A DNA stretch of 64,000 nt from the human T2T-CHM13v2.0 reference genome, Homo sapiens, in the NCBI RefSeq assembly GCF_009914755.1, contig NC_060939.1. The stretch is one strand, 5' to 3'. Every line of letters starts with the position of its first letter. The stretch's first letter is position 1. The notes beneath the pieces were generated by a model. That model saw nothing but the letters and a program-made list of their open reading frames with translations, made no database searches and was not told the DNA's origin. Positions 55,634 through 64,000 of the stretch are shown in pieces. The translations under genes and the position numbers were made by a program.

Positions 55634-58600
55634 CTCCACTCCACTCCACTCCACTCCACTCCATTCCATTCCATTCCATTCCATTCCATTCCATTCCATT
55701 CCATTCCATTCCACTCTACTCCACTCCATTCCACTCTACTCCAGTCCACTACACTCCATTCTATTCCATTCCATTTCATTCCAATCCATTCCATTCCATT
55801 CTTTTATTTTGTCAGGAACTCACTCCCTCACCCAGGTTGGAGTGCAGTGGCACAATCTCAGCCCACATTTCATCTCAACGTGCCATTCCATTCCATTCCA
55901 TTCCTTTCCATTCTATTCCACACCACTCCACAAAACTCCACTCTACTCCACTCCACTGCATTCCTTTCCATTACATCCCATTCCCTTCCTCTTCTTTCCA
56001 CTATACTCCACTACACTCCACTCTACTCCACCCCACTCCACCCCACTGCATTCCATTCTACTCTAATCTGTTCCATTCCTTTCTTTCGATAGGATATCAC
56101 CTGTCACCCAGGATGGAGTGCAGTGGCACAATCTCAGCTCACATTTCATTTCACCATTCTATTCCATTCTATTCCATTCCATTCCACTACACTCCTCTCC
56201 ACTCCACTCCACTGCATTCAATTTGAATCCAATCCACTCAACTCCATTCCATCCCATCCCATTCCATTCCACTCCACTCCATTCCACTTCACGCCATTCC
56301 ATTCCACTCCATCCCATCCCATTCCGTTCCACTCCAATCCACTGCATTCTACTCCATTCCATTCCACACCATTCCATTCTATTCCTTTCTGTCGACAAGA
56401 CCTTACTCTGTCACCCAGGATGGAGTGCAGTGTCATAATCTCAGCTATCATTTCATTTCATGATTCCATTCCATTCCATTGCATTCCATTTCATTCCATT
56501 CCATTCCATTGCATTCCATTCCATTCCATCCCTTCCCATTCCACTCCATTCCACTCCACTCCTCTCCATTCCATTCCACTCTATTCCATTCCATTCCACT
56601 CCATTCCACTCCAATCCACTACATTCTACTCCAATCCACTACATTCCTCTCCACTCCACTCCATTCCATCCCACTGAATTCCACTCAATTCCACTCCACT
56701 CCACTCCACACCACTTCTCTCCAATAAATTCCATTCCATTCCATTGCACCCCATTCCATTCCACTCCCTTCCATTCTACTCCACTCAAATCCAGTCCACT
56801 CCACTCCACTCCACCACACTCCATTCCATTCCATTCCACTCCATTCCATTCCATTCCTTTCCATTCCTTTCTTTCGACAGGATCTCAATCTGTCACCCAG
56901 ACTGGAGTGGAGTGACAGTATCTCAACTCACATTTAATTTCACCATTCCATTCCATTCCATTATATTCCATTCAATTCCATTCCATCCCATTTCATTCCA
57001 CTCCTATGCACTCCACTCCACTGCACTCCATTCCATTCCATTCAATTCCATTCCACGCCACTCCACTCCACTCCACTCCACTCCACTCCACTCCATTCCA
57101 TTCCATTCCATTCCACTCCATTCCATTCCACTCCTTTAAATTCCATTCATTTCCTTCGACAGGATCTCACTTTGTCACCTAGGCTGGAGTGCAGTGGCAC
57201 AGTCTCAGCTCATATTTCATTTCATCATTCCAGTCAATACCATTCCATTCCTTTCCATTCCATTCTATTCCATTACACTAAAATCCACTCTGCTCCACTC
57301 CACTCCATTCCATTGCATTCCATTCCATTCCACTCTACTCCACTCCTCTCCACCCCAATCCACTCCACTCCATCCAATTCCATCCAATTCCATCCAATTC
57401 CATTCCATTCCACCCCTCGTTCCTCCACTCCACTCCCCTCCACTTCATACCATTAGATTCCATCCCATTCCATTCCACTCCACTCCACTCCATTCTACTC
57501 CACTCTACTCCACTCTGCTCTGCTCCACTCCATTATATTCCACTCTATTCCATTCCATTCTTTACATTCAACAGGATCTCACTCTGTCACCCAGTCTGGA
57601 GTGCAGAGGCAGAATCTCAGCTCACATTTCATTTCACTATTCCATTCCATTCCATTCCATTCCATTCCATTCCATTCCATTCCACTCCACTCCACTCCAC
57701 TCCACTCCACTCCACTCCACTCCATTCCATTCCACTGCATTTCACTCCATGCCACTCCACTCACTGCACTCCATTCCATTCCACTCCATCCCATTGCATT
57801 CCACTCCATTCCATTCCACACAACTCCACTCCACTCAGCTCCACTCCACTCCATTCCATTCCATTTCTTTCTTTTGACAGCATCTCACCCTGTCAACCAG
57901 ACTGGCAGACAGTGGCACAAACTCAGTTCACATTTCATTTCACCACTCCATTACATTCTATTCCATTGCATTCAATTCCATTGCATTCCACTGCATTCCA
58001 TTCCATTCCACTCCACTCCAATCCACCTCACTCCATGGTATTCAATTCCATCCCATTCCATTCCACTCCATTCCTCTCCACTCCACTCCATTCCATTCCA
58101 TTCCACTCCATCCCATTCCATTCCACTCCATTACGGTGTATTCCACTCCAATCCACTCCACTCTATTCCATTCCATTCCATTATAATTCAATCCCCTACA
58201 TTCCATTAATTTCTTTCGACAGTATCTCACGCTGTCACATAGGCTGGAGTGCAGTGGCACTATCTGAGCTCACATTTAATTTCACAATTCCATTCCATTG
58301 CATTCCATTGCATTCCATTCTATTGCATTCCATTCCATTGCAATCCATTCCATTCAATTCCATTCCAACCCATTCCATTGCATTCCTGTGAACTCCAATC
58401 CACTCCACTCCACTGCATTCCATTCCATTCCATTCCACTCCTTTCCATTCCATTCCTTTCCTTCAACAGAATCTCACTCTGTCACCGAGGCTGGAGTGCA
58501 GTGTCACAATCTCAGCTCATATTTCATTTCATCATTTCATTCTATACTATTCCATTCCTTTCCATTCCATTCTACTCCATTACACTCCAATCCACTCTAC

Positions 58601-61600
58601 TCCACTCCACTCCATTCCACTGCATTCCATTCCATTCCATTCCCCTCCACCCCTCTCCACTGCACTCCACTCCACTCCATCCCATTACATTCAATTCCAC
58701 TCCATTCCACTACAGTCCACTCCATTCCACCCAACTCCATTCCACTCCACACCATTCCATTCCATTCCACATCATTCCACTCCACTCCACTTCACTCCAC
58801 TCCACTGCACTCCATTCCATTCAACTCCATCCGATTCCATTCCACTCCATTCCACTCCACATCACTCCATGCGCCTCCACTCCACTAAATTCCATTCCAT
58901 ACTTTTCTTTCAACAGGATCTCACTCTGTCATCCAGGCTGGCGTGCAGTGCCACAAACTCAGCTCACATTTCATTTAACCATTTAATTCCATTCCATTCT
59001 ATTCCATTCCATACCATTCCATACCATTCCATTCCATTCTATTCCACTCTACTCCACTCCACTCCACTCCATTCCACTCCACTCCACTCCATGTCATTCC
59101 CTTCCATCCTATTCCATTCCACTCCATTCCACCCTACTCCACTCAAATTCACTCCACCCCACTCCACTACAAGCCATTCCATTCCATCCCATTTCATTCC
59201 ACTCCATTCCACTTGACTCCACTCCACTCCACTCCACTCCAATCCACTCCACTCCATTCAATTCAATCCCATTCCGTTCCATTCCTTTCTTTCGATGGGA
59301 TCTCACTGTGCCAAAAAACGCTGGAACACAGTGGCACAATCTCAGCTCACATTTTATTTCACCATTCCATTCCATTCCATTCCATTCTGCTCCTTTCCCC
59401 TCCACTCCACTCCACTCCCCTCCATTCCATTCCATTCCATTCCATTCCATTCCATTCCATTCCACTCCACTCCATTCCACTCCAATCCAGTCAAATTCAC
59501 TCCACCCCAATTCACTCCACTCCACTCCACTCCATTCCATTCCATCCCATTCCATTTCACTCCATTCCTCTCCACTCAAATCCACTGCACGCCATTCCAT
59601 TCCACTCCATCTCATTCCTTTCCACTCCATTATGCTCCATTCCACTCCACTCCACTCCATTCCATTCCATTCCATTCCATTCCATTCCATTCCATTCCAT
59701 CCCATTCCATTCCATTATAATTCACTCCCTTACATTATATTAATTTATTTCGACAGGATCTCACTCTGTCACACAGGCTGGAGTGCAGTGGCACTATCTC
59801 AGCTCACATTTAATTTCAGAATTCCCTTCCACTGCATTCCATTCCATTGCATTCCATTCCATTCCATTCCTTTCCATTCCATTCTATTCCATTCCATTCA
59901 ATTCCATTCCATCCCATTCCATTGCACGCCTGTGAACTCCACTCCACTCCACTCCACTGCATTCCATTCCAATCCATTCCATTCCACTCCACTCCACTCC
60001 ACTCTACTCCACTCCATTCCATTCCATCCCGTTCCATTCCACTCCATTCCAATATACTGCACTCCACTACACTCTATTCCATTCCATTGCATTCCAGTCC
60101 TTTCCATTCCATTCCTTTCTTTTAACAGGTTTTCACTCTGTCACCTATGCTGGAGTGCAGTGGCACAATCTCAGCTCATATTTCACTTCTTCATTCCATT
60201 CTCTTCCATTCCATTGCTTTCCATTCCATTCAATTTGATTCCACTACATTCCATTCCACTCCACTCCACTCCACTCCTCTTCATTCGACTCCACTCCATT
60301 CCATTCCATTCAATTCCACTCCACTCTACTCGATTCCTCTCCACCCAACTCCACTCTACTCCATTCAATTCCATCCAATTCCATACCACTCCACTCCTCT
60401 CCCCAACACTCCACTCCACTCTCCTCCACTTCATTCCATTCGATTCCATCCCATTCCATTCCATTCGACTCCACTCCTCTCCACTCCACTCCTTTCCATT
60501 CCTTTCCTTTCCACTCCATCCCATTCCACTCCACTCCACTCCATTCCATTCCATTCCATTCCATTCCATTCCATTCCATTCCACTCCATTCCGTTCCATT
60601 CCTCACATTCGACAGGATGTCTCTCTGTCACCCAGTCTAGAGTGCAGTGGCAGAATCTCAGCTTACATTTCATTTCACTATTCCATTCCATTCCATTCCA
60701 TTCCATTTCATTCCATTCCACTCCATTCCATTCCATTTCATTCCATTCCACTCCATTCCATTCCATTTCTTTCCATTCCACTCTATTCCATTCCACTCCA
60801 CTGCACTCCACTCCACTCCATTCCATTCCATTCCATTCCATTCCACTCCAGTCCACTCTATTCCACTCCACTACACTCCATTCCATTCCATCCCATTCCA
60901 TTCCACTGCATTTCACTCCATGTCACTCCACTCACTGCACTCCATTCCATTCCACTCCATCCCATTCCATTCCACTCTATTCCACTCCATTCCACTCTAT
61001 CCCATTCCATTCCACTCCATTCCAGTCCACACCACTCCACTACAATCAACTTCACTCCACTCCATTCCATTCCATTCCTTTCTTTTGATAGCATCTCACC
61101 CTGTCTACCAGACTGGCGGGCAGTGGCACAAACTCAGCTCACATTTCATTTCACCACTCCATTCCATTCTATTCCATTGCATTCCATTCCATTACATTCC
61201 ACTGCATTCCATTCCATTCCATTCCACTCCACCCCATTCCACTCTACTCCACTCCAATCCACTCCACTCCACCTCACTCCATGGCATTCAATTCCATCCC
61301 ATTCCATTTCACTAAATTTCACTCTACTCCACTCCAATCCACTCCTCTCTACTCCACTCCCTGCCATTCCTCTCCATCCCATTCCATTCCACTGCATTCC
61401 ACTTGACTCCACTCCACTCCACTCCACTCCATTCCATTCCATACAATTCCACTCCATTCCATTCCATTCCTTTCTTTCCACAGGAGCTCACTCTGTCACA
61501 AAGGCTGGAGTGCAGTGGCACAATCTCAGCTCAAATTTCTTTTCACCATTCCATTGCATTCCATTCCATCCAATTCCATTCCACCTTATTTACCTCTAGT

Positions 61601-64000
61601 CCACTCTACTCCATTCCATTTCACTCCATCCCTTTCCATTCGACTCCATTTCACTCCAGTCCACACCACTCCACTCCCCTCCACTCCACTCTATTCCATT
61701 TAACTCCGTTGCATTCCATTCCTTTCTTTCAACAGGATATCACTGTGTCACCCAGGCTGGAGGGCAGTGGCACAATCACAGCTCACATTACATGTCAACT
61801 TTCCATTGCATTGCATTCAATTCCATTCCATTCAATTACATTCCATTCCACTTCGTTCCACTCCACTCCACGCCACTCTATTCCACTGCATTCCATTACA
61901 TCCGATTCCATTCCACTCAATTCCATTCCTCTCCACTCCACTGCACTCTACTCCACTCCATTCCACTCCATCCCATTCCATTCGGCTCCATTCCACTGAA
62001 CCCCACTCCGCTCCATTCCACTGAACTCCACTCTTCTCCATTCCACTGAACTCCACTCCACCCCACTCCACTCCACTTCATTCCTTTCCATTCCATCCCG
62101 TTCTATTCCTCACCATTCCAATCCACTCCAGTCCACTCCACTACACTCCAGTCCACTCCATTCCATTCCATTCCGCTGCATTCCATTCCATTCCTTCCTT
62201 TCGAGAGTATCACACTCTGTGACCCAGCCTGGAGTACAGTGGCACAATCTCAGCTCACATTTCATTTCTCCATTCCATTCCATTCCATTCCACTCTACTC
62301 CACTCCACTCCACTCCAATCCAATCCATGCCACTACACTCCACTCCTCTCCATTCCAGTGCACTCCACACCTGTCCATTCCATCCCATTCCATTCCACTC
62401 CTTTCCACTCCACTCCACTCCATTCCAGTCCATTAAACTCCATTCTATTCCATTCCTTTCTTTTGACAGTATCTCACTCTGTCACTCAGGCTGGTGTGCA
62501 GTGGCACAATAACAGCTCCCATTTCATTTCATGATTCCATTCCAATCCATTCCATTCCACTCCCATTGCATTCCATTCCATTCCATTCCATTCCAATCCA
62601 CTCCATTCCATTCCATTCCATTCCATTCCATTCCATTCCATTCCATTCCATTCCATTCCAATCCATTCCATTCCATTCCATTCCACTGCACTCCACTCCA
62701 CTCCAATCAATTCCACTCCACTCCACTTCCATCCATTCCTTTCCATTCCATTCCAATCCCTTCCATTCCACTCCTTTCTTTCAACAGGATCTCCCTCTGT
62801 CACACAGGCTGTAGCGCAGTGGCACAATATCAGCACACATTTCTTTTCACCATTCCATTGCATTCCATTCCATTCCATTCCATTCCATTCCACTCCACTC
62901 CCCTCCACTCCTTTCCACTCGACTCCACTCCATTCCATTCCACTCTACTCCATTCCACTCCATTTCATTCCATCCCATTCCATTCCATTCCTTTCCACTC
63001 CACTCCACTGCACTGCATTCCATTCCATTCCACGCCATTCCATTCCAATATTTTCTTTTGACAGGATCTCACTCTGTCACCGAGGCTGGAGTGCAGTGGC
63101 ACAATCTCAGCTCACATTTCATTTCACCATTCCATTCCATTCCATTCCAATACATTCCATTCCATTCCATTCATTCCATTCTATTCCATTCCCCTTCATT
63201 CCGTTCCATTCCACTCCACTCCACTCCATTTTGTTCCATTCTACTCCATTCCATTCCATTCCTTTATTTCAAATGGATCTCACACTGTCACACAGACTGG
63301 AGTGCAGTGGCAAGATCTTAGCTCACATTTCATTTTTCCATTCCATTCCATTCCATTCCATTCCATTCCACTCGACTCCACTCCACTCTATTCCATTCCA
63401 CTCCACTCCACTCCACTCCACTCCATTCTATTCCATGAAACACCATTACATTCCACTCCACTCCACTCCATGCCACCCCATTACACTCCACTCCACTCTA
63501 CTCCATTCCACTCCACTCCATTCCGTTACACTCCATTCCACTGCACTCCTCTCCACTCTCCTCCATTTTACTCCACTCCACTCCATTCCATTCCACTCCA
63601 CTCCATTCCATTCCATTCCAACCAATTCCATTCCATTGCACTCCATTCCATTCCAACACATTCCATTCCATTCCTTTCCTTTGACAGGATCTCACTGTGT
63701 CAAAAAAGGCTGTAATACAGTGGCACAATCTCAGCTCACATTTCTTTCACCATTCCATTGCCTTCCATTCCATTCCATTCCATTCCATTCCACTCCACTC
63801 CATTCCACTCCACTCCCCTCTATTAGATTCCATTCCATTCCATTCCATTCCTTTCCATACCATTCCACTCCATTCCACTTCACTCCAATAAACTCCACTC
63901 CACTCCTTTCCATTCCTTCCCATTCCATTTCACTCCATTCCTCTCCACACCACTCCAGTCCACTCCATTCCACTTCACTCCAATAAACCCCACTCCACTC
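55633..64000. repeat. HSat3-like (CATTC/CACTC)n satellite with 23 interspersed ~57-bp Alu 3'-end fragments; continues past the window end
   Basis: Pentamer array with the recurring motif tttcttt(cg)acaggatctcactctgtcacccaggctggagtgcagtggcacaatctcagctcacatttcatttcacc. Confidence 0.97.

Noticed and set aside
55811-63740. CRISPR-like repeat/spacer appearance
   Set aside because: The repeats are diverged Alu fragments and the spacers are long, low-complexity and related to each other. There are no cas genes, and the DNA is primate.
55584-63986. Many long ORFs (up to 763 aa) with [10 protein letters not shown] or [10 protein letters not shown] repeats
   Set aside because: CATTC/CACTC pentamers and their complements contain no stop codon in any frame, so overlapping ORFs appear in all frames. 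There is no evidence of coding.

Overview
This is AT-rich, CpG-poor hominid (human-like) genomic DNA. It is made almost entirely of retroelement and DNA-transposon relics, and I recognise no intact cellular gene. From left to right: (1) a HERV-K(HML-3)/MER9 provirus nested in the dUTPase of a HERV-K(HML-1)/LTR14-type provirus, which itself abuts an old L1; (2) old L1M, LTR, MIR and Tigger fossils plus several Alus; (3) a full-length but dead L1PA4-like element (30.8-36.9 kb); (4) a truncated L1 with a short 3' transduction; (5) a 142-bp locally templated duplication inside an LTR; (6) a full SVA whose TSDs enclose a 107-bp 5'-transduced HERV-H protease fragment; (7) from about 55.63 kb to the window end, an HSat3-like (CATTC/CACTC)n array. 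The array is punctuated 23 times by a ~57-bp Alu 3'-end fragment, and shared variants recur at multiples of 4 units. The window looks like the edge of a pericentromeric satellite block. Repeat family names come from recalled consensus sequences, not a database search, and should be confirmed with RepeatMasker/Dfam. The long ORFs in the satellite are artefacts of stop-free pentamers.
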